From assembly GCA_042408215.1 (NCBI GenBank), contig JAYFMW010000030.1:576001-640000 (forward strand): 64,000 nt of DNA. Direction: 5' to 3'. The DNA comes from Microcoleus sp. (lineage in GTDB: Bacteria; Cyanobacteriota; Cyanobacteriia; Cyanobacteriales; Microcoleaceae). Both the position numbers and the translations under genes were made by a program. Positions 30,906-40,940 of this stretch are shown one piece after another. The notes beneath the pieces were generated by a model. That model was not told the origin of the DNA and did not search any database. It worked only from the letters and a program-made list of their open reading frames with translations. Within the stretch, counting starts at the first letter, position 1. Every line of letters begins with the position of its first letter.

Positions 30906-31376
30906 TTAATAAGCAGGCCCGGCCAGCCAAGAAATAGTTATTCCTAGCCCCAAACCGACAAACACTTGAAAAGGAGTATGTCCTAGCAACTCCTTCAGAC
31001 GAGCCTCATTAAAATTGTGGTCTTCCTCAAAAAACTCATCAATAATTTGATTGAGGATGCGAGCTTGCTTGCCGGCAGCTTGGCGGACGCCAGCAGCATC
31101 GTACATGACAATAATCGCAAAAATCGTAGCGATCGCAAACTCTGGACTTTCCCATCCCAGCGTTTGTCCCACCCCAGAAGCCAAAGCACCCACAAAAGCC
31201 GAGTGAGAGCTAGGCATTCCGCCAGTTGTGACTAAATTCCGAAGATTAAACTTCCGATTTTTGATTAATTCGATCGGCAATTTCAATACTTGAGCAGCCA
31301 GACAAGCGATTAAAGAAATCACCAGTACATGATTGTTTAAGATGCCGCTGCAAATTTCCTGCATAGTATTTGGCAT
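30906..31376 (-). CDS. Divergent PAP2 family protein (DUF212)
   Basis: GGMPSSHSA, YDAAGVR, LGHTP; follows crtE. Confidence 0.9.
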   Translation of the reverse strand: MPNTMQEICSGILNNHVLVISLIACLAAQVLKLPIELIKNRKFNLRNLVTTGGMPSSHSAFVGALASGVGQTLGWESPEFAIATIFAIIVMYDAAGVRQAAGKQARILNQIIDEFFEEDHNFNEARLKELLGHTPFQVFVGLGLGITISWLAGPAY

Positions 31377-31378
31377 TT

Positions 31379-32305
31379 CTAGTTACTGCGGCTGGTAATA
31401 TAATCGGCGATCGCCAGCAGCGGTAGGGCTTTATTCCCAAACACTGCCAGTTGAGCCTTAGCATCAGCAACAAGTTGTTGAGCTTGACGCCTTGACTCCT
31501 CAATTCCCCACAAACTGGGATATGTCACCTTTCCGGCTTGAAGATCTTTCCCAGCCGTTTTACCAAGTTCTTCGGCAGTAGCAGTAATATCCAGAATGTC
31601 ATCAATAATCTGGAAAGCCAACCCAATATTTTGAGCGAAACGGGAAAGCCGCTGCAAATCCGCAGCAGAAGCCCCAGCCAGAATTGCCCCACAAACCACC
31701 GAGGATTCTAACACCGCGCCGGTTTTGTGAGCATGAATGTAATTCAAAGTTTCTAGAGAAACATCTTTCAATCCTTCCGATTCCAGGTCAACCACCTGAC
31801 CGCCTACGAGTCCAGCAGCGCCCGATGCCCGCGCCAAATGGGCGATCGTCTGCAACACCTGATAGGGGGGTACGTTCTCAGTTTTAGTGGCGATATATTC
31901 AAAGGCATAGCTCAACAAACCATCGCCAGCCAAAATTGCGATATCTTCGCCGTAGACCTTGTGGTTAGTCAGTTGGCCGCGCCGATAGTCGTCATTGTCC
32001 ATTGCCGGCAAATCATCGTGGATCAGCGACATGGTGTGGATCATTTCCAAAGCGCAAGCTGTGGGTATTGCCATGTGGGCAGTGCCGCCAGCCAGTTCGC
32101 AGCTAGCCAGACACAGGATCGGACGCAGCCGCTTGCCGCCTGCTAGCAGCGAGTAGCGCATGGCTTCGTAAATTTTCTCTGGGTAGATGACCGGTAGCGC
32201 ACTGTCGAGAGCTATCTCGATCGCCCTTTTTTGCTCGACTAGGTAAGTAGATAAGTCGAAAGCGGATTCCGGTTGGGACTCATCCATTTCTGTTGCAAAT
32301 ACCAT
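31379..32305 (-). CDS. crtE: Geranylgeranyl diphosphate synthase
   Basis: [31 protein letters not shown]. Confidence 0.95.
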   Translation of the reverse strand: MVFATEMDESQPESAFDLSTYLVEQKRAIEIALDSALPVIYPEKIYEAMRYSLLAGGKRLRPILCLASCELAGGTAHMAIPTACALEMIHTMSLIHDDLPAMDNDDYRRGQLTNHKVYGEDIAILAGDGLLSYAFEYIATKTENVPPYQVLQTIAHLARASGAAGLVGGQVVDLESEGLKDVSLETLNYIHAHKTGAVLESSVVCGAILAGASAADLQRLSRFAQNIGLAFQIIDDILDITATAEELGKTAGKDLQAGKVTYPSLWGIEESRRQAQQLVADAKAQLAVFGNKALPLLAIADYITSRSN

Positions 32306-32595
32306 CCCTTGCTCTCTTGTACTTAATGTGACGAAAGGATACTCTGAGTTGTTTTGGTCGATCGCCCCGACTTTACGGTGGCGATCGATCGCAATCTGAG
32401 ACTCAATTTAATCATTCTACCGGTGTTGTGGCACAGAAACTTGTGTAAACTACCCGACACTGACCGCTTAGGCCTTACAGCACGGGCTTTCAGCAACCCT
32501 CAAAACGACATCTGGCTTCAAAAAAATCTAGTGTCCAATTGAAATAAAATTGCGATCGGTATATTAACCAGCCCTAGCAAACCAGAAAATCAAAA

Positions 32596-33642
32596 ATGTT
32601 AGAGTTCGATCGACTATTCCAAACGATCGCAGAATTAGTCATGCTGCATTCGCCCAGCGGTGTGGAGTCAGAAATTAACCAGCGGTTGATGGAAAAATTC
32701 GCCGCCCTGGGTGTGAATGCTTGGTTGGATCGCGCGGATAATGCGATCGCCCTAATTCCGGGCCGCAATCGGCAAAAGTCGATCGCCATTACCGCCCACA
32801 AAGACGAAATAGGCGCGATCGTCAAAACCATCGGTGACTACGGGCGCGTCGAAGTTCGCAAATTGGGCGGCGCGTTTCCCTGGGTGTACGGCGAAGGCGT
32901 TGTCGATTTGTTGGGCGACAAACAAACAATTAGCGGCATTCTCAGCTTCGGGAGTCGCCACGTATCCCACGAATCACCCCAAAAAGCTCAGCAGGAAAAA
33001 ACTCCGCTGAATTGGGAAAATGCCTGGATTGAAACTAAGTGTACCGCCGAGGAATTAGCCGAGGCCGGAATTCGGCCGGGAACGCGGATGGTGGTCGGAA
33101 AGCACCGCAAACAGCCCATCCGCTTGAAAGATTGGATCGCAAGCTACACCCTCGACAACAAGGCTTCAGTCGCGATTTTGCTGGGTTTGGCCCAATGTTT
33201 GAAAGAGCCTGCGGTGAATGTTTATTTGGTGGCTTCGGCGAAGGAGGAGGTTGGGGCGATCGGCGCTTTGTATTTCACCCAGCGGCAGCCGTTGGACGCG
33301 CTGATTGCTTTGGAAATTTGCCCCCTGGCTCCAGAATATCCGATCGCAGACGGCGATCGCCCGGTGTTGCTGGTTCAGGACGGCTACGGGATTTACGATG
33401 AAGGGTTAAACGGGGAATTGCGCGCCGCAGCTATTCGCGCGGGCGTGGAGGTGCAGTTGGCGACTATTAGCGGTTTTGGTAGCGACGCTTCGATCGCCAT
33501 GAAGTTCGGCCATGTCGCCCGCGCCGCTTGTTTAGCTTTCCCCACCCAGAATACCCACGGTTTCGAGATTGCTCACTTGGGGGCGATCGACAATTGCGCT
33601 CGTATCCTCAAAGCTTACTGCAACGAGCTTTCGGACGAATAG
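32596..33642 (+). CDS. M42 family aminopeptidase
   Basis: AHKDEIG, LDNK, KEEVG, NTHGFE. Confidence 0.88.
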   Translation: MLEFDRLFQTIAELVMLHSPSGVESEINQRLMEKFAALGVNAWLDRADNAIALIPGRNRQKSIAITAHKDEIGAIVKTIGDYGRVEVRKLGGAFPWVYGEGVVDLLGDKQTISGILSFGSRHVSHESPQKAQQEKTPLNWENAWIETKCTAEELAEAGIRPGTRMVVGKHRKQPIRLKDWIASYTLDNKASVAILLGLAQCLKEPAVNVYLVASAKEEVGAIGALYFTQRQPLDALIALEICPLAPEYPIADGDRPVLLVQDGYGIYDEGLNGELRAAAIRAGVEVQLATISGFGSDASIAMKFGHVARAACLAFPTQNTHGFEIAHLGAIDNCARILKAYCNELSDE

Positions 33643-33722
33643 AAAAAAAACTTTCCAAAAGTAGTTGACAGATTGGAAAAAATTAGTTATGGTATTAAAG
33701 GTGCGAAACAAACAAGCCACGC

Positions 33723-33795
33723 GCCCCCATCGTCTAGAGGCCTAGGACACATCCCTTTCACGGATGCGACGGGGATTCGAATTCCCCTGGGGGTA
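33723..33795 (+). tRNA. trnE: tRNA-Glu(TTC)
   Basis: GCCCCCATCGTCTAGAGGCCTAGGAC, CATCC-CT-TTC-AC-GGATG anticodon arm, GATTCGAATTC T arm. Confidence 0.97.
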
Positions 33796-33937
33796 TTGAA
33801 AATTTAACTCCGATATCAAAATGATATCAAGCAACTGTGGGGTTGGCATATTGCCAGCCCTTCTTGCTAGGTATAATTTTTGCTTTTGGGGTTCGGCAGA
33901 AACTTAGTCTTTGGTTAGACATTTCCAATCCGCAGTC

Positions 33938-34130
33938 ATTGGTGCAACTTAAGACTTAAATTCATGATAAATCTCGCTCGTAGTCGAGTCTAGATCCCCC
34001 TAAATCCCCCTTAAGAAGGGGGACTTTGAGTGCTTCTTGTCCCCCCGATGTTTTGGGGAGTAGGGGTTGACTTTGAGTGCTTCTTGTCCCACCCCCTACT
34101 CCCCTTATTAAGGGGGGTTAGGGGGGATCG
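33938..34130. repeat. MITE-like element with CCCCCTTAAGAAGGGGG hairpins
   Basis: Shares the CATTGGTG(N)CAACTTAAGAC start and GATCCCCCTAAATCCCCCTTAAGAAGGGGGAC core with 42385..42602. Confidence 0.7.
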
Positions 34131-34253
34131 AGAGGACTGTAGAAGAAAGACATGATTAAGGGCGCAAATCTTTTTCTCAATAGGTCAACCTATAAATAGC
34201 CGACTTCTTTAATAAGTCGGGTATCGGGGTATTCTTTTTTTTATGCTTGGGAG

Positions 34254-34568
34254 TTAGAGAGAAGAATCTGCAAGCGTTCTCGCACAGAACATGACATTTG
34301 ATAGAAAGAACTCCACTCGACAAAATCGATATCATCTCCTAATTCTCCCGCCCTAAATTTTTGGTAAAACTCAAGGTATGGCATTTTATACTGGGTTTCA
34401 AATTGTTGTAAATCTGTTTCTAGTTCTGCGGCTTGTTGTTGAGCAATGGCAATTTCGTGGGCGATGATTTTGGAGAGTGAAAGTTCTAGGAATTCACTGA
34501 CTTCGCCTCGGTTATAGAGTGCTTCTAAAATTTTGAGTTGTTCGAGAATTTGATTTTTTGGTGGCCAT
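34254..34568 (-). pseudogene. Frameshifted antitoxin-like gene (TumA-like), missing from the ORF track
   Basis: Removing one A from the A6 run after ATGGCCACC gives MATKNQILEQL...FETQYKMPYLEFYQKFRAGELGDDIDFVEWSSFY...LL*. Confidence 0.65.
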
Positions 34569-34617
34569 AATCAATGTGTTTATATTTTGGCTTGAGTTGA
34601 GTTTAACCTAATTTAAT

Positions 34618-35232
34618 GGTAAAAAACCCGGTTTCTTTAGTTGGCTGGTAGCCAGAAACCGGGTTTTTTTACGAAATACTTGGTTGTCACCCGCAGATTA
34701 GGTAAAAACCCGGTTTCTTTAGTTGGCGGGTAGCCAGAAACCGGGTTTTTTTACGAAATACTTCGTCGCCACCGGTAGATTCAGTAAAAAACCCGGTTTC
34801 TTTAGTTGGCTGGTAGCCAGAAACCGGGTTTTTGTCGAAAAATCCCCCATCAAAACCCGCAGATTAGGTAAAAACCCGGTTTCTTTAGTTGGCGGGTAGC
34901 CAGAAACCGGGTTTTTGTCGAAATACTTGGTTGTCACCAGCAGATTCGGTAAAAAACCCGGTTTCTTTAGTTGGCGGGTAGCCAGAAACCGGGTTTTTTT
35001 ACGAAATACTTCGTCGCCACCGGTAGATTCAGTAAAAAACCCGGTTTCTTTAGTTGGCTGGTAGCCAGAAACCGGGTTTTTGTCGAAAAATCCCCCATCA
35101 AAACCCGCAGATTAGGTAAAAACCCGGTTTCTTTAGTTGGCGGGTAGCCAGAAACCGGGTTTTTGTCGAAATACTTGGTTGTCACCAGCAGATTCGGTAA
35201 AAAACCCGGTTTCTTTGTCGGAGTGCGTAAGT
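34618..35232. repeat. REP-like array with a 248-bp higher-order period
   Basis: Same AGAAACCGGGTTTTT family as 4531..5000; identical spurious ORFs at 34719 and 34967. Confidence 0.9.
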
Positions 35233-35316
35233 CCTGTTACTGATTCATCTTATTGCTTTTTAGAGGCGGAACAGCTTATTGTAATTAGCAATTAGAGAAA
35301 ATTTAAGTAACCAGCC

Positions 35317-36744
35317 ATGCTGATGAGCCAGTGTCTAAACCCTGATTGTCTCAACCAAAACCCATCCGGTACTAACTTCTGTCATAAATGTGGAAATAAA
35401 CTGCTATTGGGCGATCGCTACCGAGCCCAAAAAATTATTGGACAAGGGGGATTTGGGCGCACTTTTCTGGCTATTGACGAGTATAAACCCTCAAAACCTC
35501 CTTGCGTTATTAAACAATTTTATCCTCAATTTCAAGGCACTTCTAGTATCCAGAAAGCTGCTGAGTTATTTGAGCTTGAAGCAGTACGCCTAGAACAGTT
35601 GGGTAAACATTCTCAAATTCCCGAATTATTAGCATATTTTAGTCAAGATGAACGGCAGTATTTAGTCCAAGAATTCATCGACGGTGAAAATTTAGCCAAA
35701 ACACTAGAAACTAAGGGATATTTTAGCGAAACGCAGATTCGTGACTTGCTTAAGAATTTATTGCCAGTGTTTGAGTTCATTCACTCTCGCCAAGTCATTC
35801 ACCGAGATATCAAGCTAGAAAATATTATTTTGAGGTCAAATCGTGAATTAGTTTTAGTTGACTTTGGCGCGGCAAAATATGCGACTCAAACAGCTTTAGC
35901 GGTAACGGGAACAATAATCGGAAGTGCTGGATATACAGCACCGGAACAAGCAGCAGGGAAAGCTATTTATGCTAGTGATATTTATAGTTTAGGTGTGACT
36001 TGTCTATGTCTGTTAACTCAAGTTGAACCGCTTGAATTATTCGATGTGAGCGAGTTTGAGTGGGTGTGGCGAGAACACTTAAAAACGTCTGTTAGTTCAG
36101 AATTGGGTCAGATTTTAGATAAAATGATTCAACCTGCTATTAAGAAACGTTATCAATCTGCTACTGAAGTGTTGCAGGCTATTGCTTCTCAATCACCTCA
36201 ACCATCACCTCAAGTATCTCCTCCGCCACCAGACTCCCTGAAATCAGCGCGGGGTGTTGACTATACTCGTCTCCGGGATTTATTGGCCACAGGGGAGTGG
36301 AAAGAAGCGGATGAGGAAACACTCAAGGTGATGTTAAAAGCTGCTAGACGGGAGAAGGAAAGCTATTTTAATAGGGAATCGATCGAGAATTTTCCTTGCG
36401 ATGATTTGCGGACGATCGACCAATTGTGGGTAAAATACAGTCAGGGTCACTTTGGCTTTAGCGTCCAGAAAAAAATCTGGTTGGAAGTAGGCGGTAAAGT
36501 TGATTATGATACAGAATGCAAGTTGGGCGATCGTGTCGGTTGGCGAAAGAGGAGAAAGGGGAGGAAAGATTGGTTGAAGTACGATGACCTGACGTTTAAT
36601 CTAAAGCAAGCACCACGGGGACACCTCCCGTCGTGTGCGCGTGTGTTTGCGTGGGAGGGAGGAGGATTGGGTTGGGTTGTTGGGGTGTTGGGGTGGTTGG
36701 GGTTGGTTGTGTGGTTCTCTCTTCTCTCGCATCGAGAACTGTAA
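35317..36744 (+). CDS. Ser/Thr protein kinase with N-terminal 4-Cys ribbon and C-terminal GUN4 domain
   Basis: CLNPDC..FCHKCG, GQGGFG, HRDIK, DFG, APE; GUN4 motifs DYTRLRDLL, WKEADEET, IDQLWVKYS, GFSVQ, GHLP. Confidence 0.93.
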   Translation: MLMSQCLNPDCLNQNPSGTNFCHKCGNKLLLGDRYRAQKIIGQGGFGRTFLAIDEYKPSKPPCVIKQFYPQFQGTSSIQKAAELFELEAVRLEQLGKHSQIPELLAYFSQDERQYLVQEFIDGENLAKTLETKGYFSETQIRDLLKNLLPVFEFIHSRQVIHRDIKLENIILRSNRELVLVDFGAAKYATQTALAVTGTIIGSAGYTAPEQAAGKAIYASDIYSLGVTCLCLLTQVEPLELFDVSEFEWVWREHLKTSVSSELGQILDKMIQPAIKKRYQSATEVLQAIASQSPQPSPQVSPPPPDSLKSARGVDYTRLRDLLATGEWKEADEETLKVMLKAARREKESYFNRESIENFPCDDLRTIDQLWVKYSQGHFGFSVQKKIWLEVGGKVDYDTECKLGDRVGWRKRRKGRKDWLKYDDLTFNLKQAPRGHLPSCARVFAWEGGGLGWVVGVLGWLGLVVWFSLLSHREL

Positions 36745-36856
36745 GCTGTAATCTCTAGCGATTTCAGCCCTTTGTCAAGTCTTTTTTCTCGAACCTTTTT
36801 CTACGAAGTTATCGGCTTTTGGTCATTTCATTACCTGCTACTTAAATTAATAATCA

Positions 36857-37111
36857 ATGCCAATAAAAGTCAGAGATATAATTAAACAACTAGAGGCAGA
36901 CGGTTGGTATCTAGCTAGAACACGAGGGAGTCACCGCCAGTACAAACATCCTACCAAATCAGGTTTAGTTACAGTTCCGGGTAAACTATCTGACGATTTG
37001 GCTCCTGGTACATCCAATAATATTCTCAAACAAGCTCAATTCAAAGAAGTTAAAGAGCAACAAAAACCTAACGAAGTCGAAACCAATCATCAAGATGAGG
37101 ATCTCAACTAA
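36857..37111 (+). CDS. hicA: HicA toxin
   Basis: GWYLARTRGSHRQYKHP..GLVTVPG. Confidence 0.9.
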   Translation: MPIKVRDIIKQLEADGWYLARTRGSHRQYKHPTKSGLVTVPGKLSDDLAPGTSNNILKQAQFKEVKEQQKPNEVETNHQDEDLN

Positions 37112-37320
37112 TGCGTTATGCCATTGTCATTGAAAAAACACCCAATAACTATTCAGCATATCCACCAGATTTACCCGGATGTGCAGCCACAGGCGCTACC
37201 CTTGCGGAAGTACAGCAACAAATTCAAGAAGCGATCGAATTTCACTTAGAAGGATTGCGAGAAGAGGGTTTACCGATTCCCGAAGCAACTACACTTTGTG
37301 AATATGTAGAAGCAATGTAG
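37111..37320 (+). CDS. hicB: HicB antitoxin (short form)
   Basis: YSAYPPDLPGCAATGATLAE, EAIEFHLEGL; coupled to hicA. Confidence 0.9.
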   Translation: MRYAIVIEKTPNNYSAYPPDLPGCAATGATLAEVQQQIQEAIEFHLEGLREEGLPIPEATTLCEYVEAM

Positions 37321-37356
37321 CGTTAATACACCAATATTTGTCAAACGACAACTATA

Positions 37357-37722
37357 TCATTCCAAATCCGCAAGAGCAACTTTCAAGCAAGCACGAACCT
37401 CCTTCCAATCGCGTTCCGACAAATGACCAATTAGAACTAAATTGGAAGATGGCGGTAGAGTCACAATAAAACTGCGAAAAACTGAAGCGACTCGTAAACC
37501 TGCTGCGGCCCAATCTTGGAGAATATAATCAGTTGAACCTAAAGCAGTTGTCTGTGTAGTAATGAGTCCAGCTATTACATCAGAGCGGATTGTGTTATAT
37601 AGCAATCCTAAATCATTTGTGAATTTCTTACTCCCTCCCCTTAATAAGGGGAGGGTTGGGGTGGGGTAAAAAACTTTACGACTCCTGCAAGGATTGCTAT
37701 ATATAACTGATGATAGAATTAC
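37357..37722 (-). pseudogene. PemK/MazF-like toxin remnant, N-terminally deleted and interrupted by a MITE
   Basis: VILSSVIY | NTIRSDVIAGLITTQ...DWAAAGL...IGHLSERD rejoins across the 37600..37699 insertion. Confidence 0.7.
37600..37699. mobile_element. MITE with TAGCAATCC terminal inverted repeats and TA duplication
   Basis: TA-TAGCAATCC...GGATTGCTA-TA. Confidence 0.8.
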
Positions 37723-37937
37723 ATCTCCTCGTTTTCAGGAAAAAGGGCGGTGGCGTACTGCAAAGAAAATGTGGTAACATCAATTTTATCTTCTTCATTC
37801 CAAGTCTCACTTTCATCGACGATAGATAGATTTTGCTGCACCAAATCGTTGAGAATAAGAGTTGCCAAGCGTAATCTATCGGTTGGCGAAAGGGTAGAGA
37901 GAACGCGATCGTAAACTTCTCGAACAGTAGTTGACAT
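37719..37937 (-). CDS. Small acidic putative antitoxin
   Basis: LSPTDRLRLATLILNDL; directly upstream of the PemK-like remnant. Confidence 0.65.
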   Translation of the reverse strand: MSTTVREVYDRVLSTLSPTDRLRLATLILNDLVQQNLSIVDESETWNEEDKIDVTTFSLQYATALFPENEEM

Positions 37938-38057
37938 AGCAAATCCTCTTGCTTCTTATCTTGTGGAACACTTAGGGAAGATTGATTTTAGTATAGCTCA
38001 AAAATTTAATAAATTCATGCTATACTTAAATTCTAATTTTTCACCTCACATTCACCT

Positions 38058-38483
38058 ATGCCAACTTTAACATATCTTGGCACTCTCATCATTTCCACAC
38101 CAGAAACCTGTGGAAAACGCCCCCGCATCGCAGGGACTAGAATAACTGTTCAACGAATCGCCGTTTGGTACAAAATGGGGATGAAACCAGAAGAAATTAT
38201 TGCATAAATTCCCCACTTAAATTTAGCACAAGTTCATGCAGCATTAGCTTACTATAGCAATCCTAAATCATTCATGCAGATATGTAGGGGCGGTGCCCCC
38301 GTGCCCGCCCTCTCCGAGGGATTGGGCAACCACGGGGAGTAGGGGTCGGATTGCCCCTACAAGAATTATGAAAATGATTTAGGATTGCTATACTACGCCA
38401 ATAAACAGCAGATAGATGCTGATATTGCGACGGAAGACGCTGAGTGCGATCGCGTAGCCAATGAACACAAAGCGGGGAGTTAA
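38058..38483 (+). pseudogene. DUF433 antitoxin pseudogene
   Basis: TPETCGKRPRIAGTRITVQ...LNLAQVHAALAYY; in-frame TAA at 38205 and a MITE insertion. Confidence 0.85.
38255..38390. mobile_element. MITE with TAGCAATCCTAAATCATT TIRs and TA duplication
   Basis: Perfect 18-bp TIR; excision restores the YYY codons of the DUF433 gene. Confidence 0.88.
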
Positions 38484-38547
38484 TCTTGAGCCAAAATCCC
38501 ATCTTCCACCCTCATCTCCTGTTATTTAATGATTAAAGCTAGGATGG

Positions 38548-40095
38548 TTGACACTCCCCGGTCTGAAGACGCGGGGATTCTTAAGGACAAACTTTGGGGG
38601 ATGAATCCGCCCAAAGTTTAATTCTTAAAGGGTTAGTCAGTAACCCGCTACCCACTCGCTCAATTATTGAGTCTATGGCTACTTTTGATTTCCTAATGAT
38701 GTTTGCCGCACCGTTAATATCTGCATTCAGAATTAATTTCTGAGCAGAACGGTACAAACCTCGTTTAATTCTTTTACCAGACGGTTGCCAATTGTCGGGT
38801 TTTTCACCGACTTTCACTGGCAACAAATCTCGGTCTAAAAAACTTGATTTTGAGGTGTAAGATTCGTCTTGCTCTACAAATCGCCAACCCCTTAAGTCAC
38901 ACTCTTGTTGTAATCTATCTTTAACTTTGGCGGTAGGGATTTGGACAAAGTTTTGGTGATTTTTGCCTCCCATATTAACTTCTTGCTTTTGTCCTTTATT
39001 CCAGCCAAAAACCAGGACATTGATTTGGTGATTTTCGCAATAATTTATGATGGTTCTAACTGCTTTGTTGACAGCATCTCTCATTCTTCTGGTGCGAGTT
39101 TCTGACAACTGTTGCAGTCTCTTTGACGAGAAACCTTTGGGTAATTTATGTATTGTGTGTTCTGATTGAATTCTCGCTTTTTCTTTGTTAAACCATTGGT
39201 TCCAAGACTTGAGTCTATGTCCATCAATAATGAATGGCTTACCATTACTAGAGACACAAGTTAACCAGTTATTGATGCCGTGATCGATACCCAGAACCCC
39301 TGTTACTTCCAAGCTGCAACTAGGGGCTTGTTCAGTCAGGGATTCGTGGACATATTCGACCCAGACCTCACCATTTCTAGGGATTAGCCTGAGTTCTTTA
39401 ATCTGGCAATCTTTCAGCCTTTCTGGTAAAGTCACCCACAGAGCATCTGCCCCAAAGTGTTCTTTGCCTTTGGTTCCCAGAGGTAGCCTTACCCGATTGC
39501 CGACTATTTTCAAGGCTTGCCCAGGGTATGAAACTTGGTACATTGCTCCCTTGGTTCTGTACTTTGGCAATCTCGGTTTTTGATTAAGTTGCCCCTTTTT
39601 AGCCAGCCTTTCTAAGGCTCGGAAAGAACTAAAGGATTCAGCAACAGACTTCAGGGATTGTTGGGCGACCTGCGAGTAGAGTAGACCGTAATTTTCGTTG
39701 GGTTTGGCAATTTTGTACAGGTCTGGGTATTTAATTACGCCTTTGTCTTTAAAGTACCGTTGCCTACTTTCGTAAGTGCCGACATTAAATAGATTGTTTG
39801 ACCATCTGAGGATTTGCTCGACAATGGTTTTGTCAAGTCCCGTTAAATGCCAAACATCTTTTTGTACTGCGTACATTTAACTTACTGGCTATGGTGACAC
39901 TAGGTTTAGTATATATCGTGAATTAACAAGTTAATTAATACTCCACAAATCTTTACCTTTGTCTCAATTGCTAGAAGTATTTGTCCGGGGACGGTTAAAC
40001 ATTATGTTATATTGAAACTTACGAACAGGCAGGATAAATCCTGCCACGCCCTTTCATCCCTGGACTAAAGTCACAGGGTTTTCAGGGTATTTCTT
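38548..40095 (-). mobile_element. IS200/IS605 tnpB-only element, paralog of 20182..21628
   Basis: TTAT | AAGAAATACCCTGAAAACCCTG left end; ...CCGGGGAGTGTCAA right end. Confidence 0.9.
38581..39876 (-). CDS. tnpB: RNA-guided endonuclease TnpB
   Basis: Highly similar to 20290..21645; GIDHG, NADINGAANI. Confidence 0.9.
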   Translation of the reverse strand: MYAVQKDVWHLTGLDKTIVEQILRWSNNLFNVGTYESRQRYFKDKGVIKYPDLYKIAKPNENYGLLYSQVAQQSLKSVAESFSSFRALERLAKKGQLNQKPRLPKYRTKGAMYQVSYPGQALKIVGNRVRLPLGTKGKEHFGADALWVTLPERLKDCQIKELRLIPRNGEVWVEYVHESLTEQAPSCSLEVTGVLGIDHGINNWLTCVSSNGKPFIIDGHRLKSWNQWFNKEKARIQSEHTIHKLPKGFSSKRLQQLSETRTRRMRDAVNKAVRTIINYCENHQINVLVFGWNKGQKQEVNMGGKNHQNFVQIPTAKVKDRLQQECDLRGWRFVEQDESYTSKSSFLDRDLLPVKVGEKPDNWQPSGKRIKRGLYRSAQKLILNADINGAANIIRKSKVAIDSIIERVGSGLLTNPLRIKLWADSSPKVCP

Positions 40096-40149
40096 ATAAA
40101 ACTCCACCCTAGCCAACAATATCTACAGTCCCCAGTCCACTTCTAATAT

Positions 40150-40870
40150 TTAGCCAGCAGGTGGCACTATAAGACGACTGAGTATATCTTGATCTCTAAT
40201 TTGAGGATTGGAGACATTTAGATCGAAATCCCTACCTATCTCACCTCCATACTGCCAAAGTAGCACTGGTACACCAGGAATAGATGTTGCTGGCGAAGCA
40301 TCTGCTGAGTTAAAGTTGAGTTTCGGCGAACTGGGTTCTCTAAAACGATTTCCGTAGTTAGCAATCCATAATCCATTACACTTAGCTCCCATTACGGATA
40401 GCTGAATTCAAAGCTTCAGAAGTTGTAGAATCCCCTGCATTTAGATAGACGCAAGGAAGAAGCTTTACCTTACTACTCAAGCTACGCACTGCTGTTGACC
40501 AACCTAAGTAATAGTCTGTCGAAAGTGGAGTGTCAGATTCTACGTCTAGAAATATGTAGTATTCACCTCCCTGTGATTTAAGGTAGTCCTCTCCAAAGCT
40601 AAAAACAACATCTTTTGCTTGATCGGTGCCATCCCGTAGCCCTTCGTTCTTGCCAAGTCCTACTTGGGTAGTGTACCTACCAATAGGCAAAACTCGAATC
40701 CCCGCCAGGTGTAATGGAGGATTTTCTTTACGGAAATATTCACCATCTCCCTGATAATCAATCCCGCTAAAATAGCGTCCCCAAAACAGAGGTTTTGTGC
40801 CCAGTACATCAGTCGAATCTTGAATATCTCTGGGCTGAGTTACGCGAAACAAAGTGTCTACACCGTACAT
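40150..40870 (-). pseudogene. DUF1906/GH25-like peptidoglycan glycoside hydrolase, frameshifted near 40388
   Basis: YGVDT, FWGRYF, IFLDVE, LWIANY, LWQY; the two ORFs join as AIRNGAKCNGLW if one base is removed. Confidence 0.7.
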
Positions 40871-40940
40871 TTATTTAGTTCTCCTTAATCATGGATTTTC
40901 ATCAAAAACAGTCTGCCACCCTTACAAACAACTTGAGGCG

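Noticed and set aside
35317..36900. Complete DGR cassette at the kinase-GUN4 locus
   Set aside because: No reverse transcriptase, Avd or template repeat is visible in the window; only the candidate variable region is reported.
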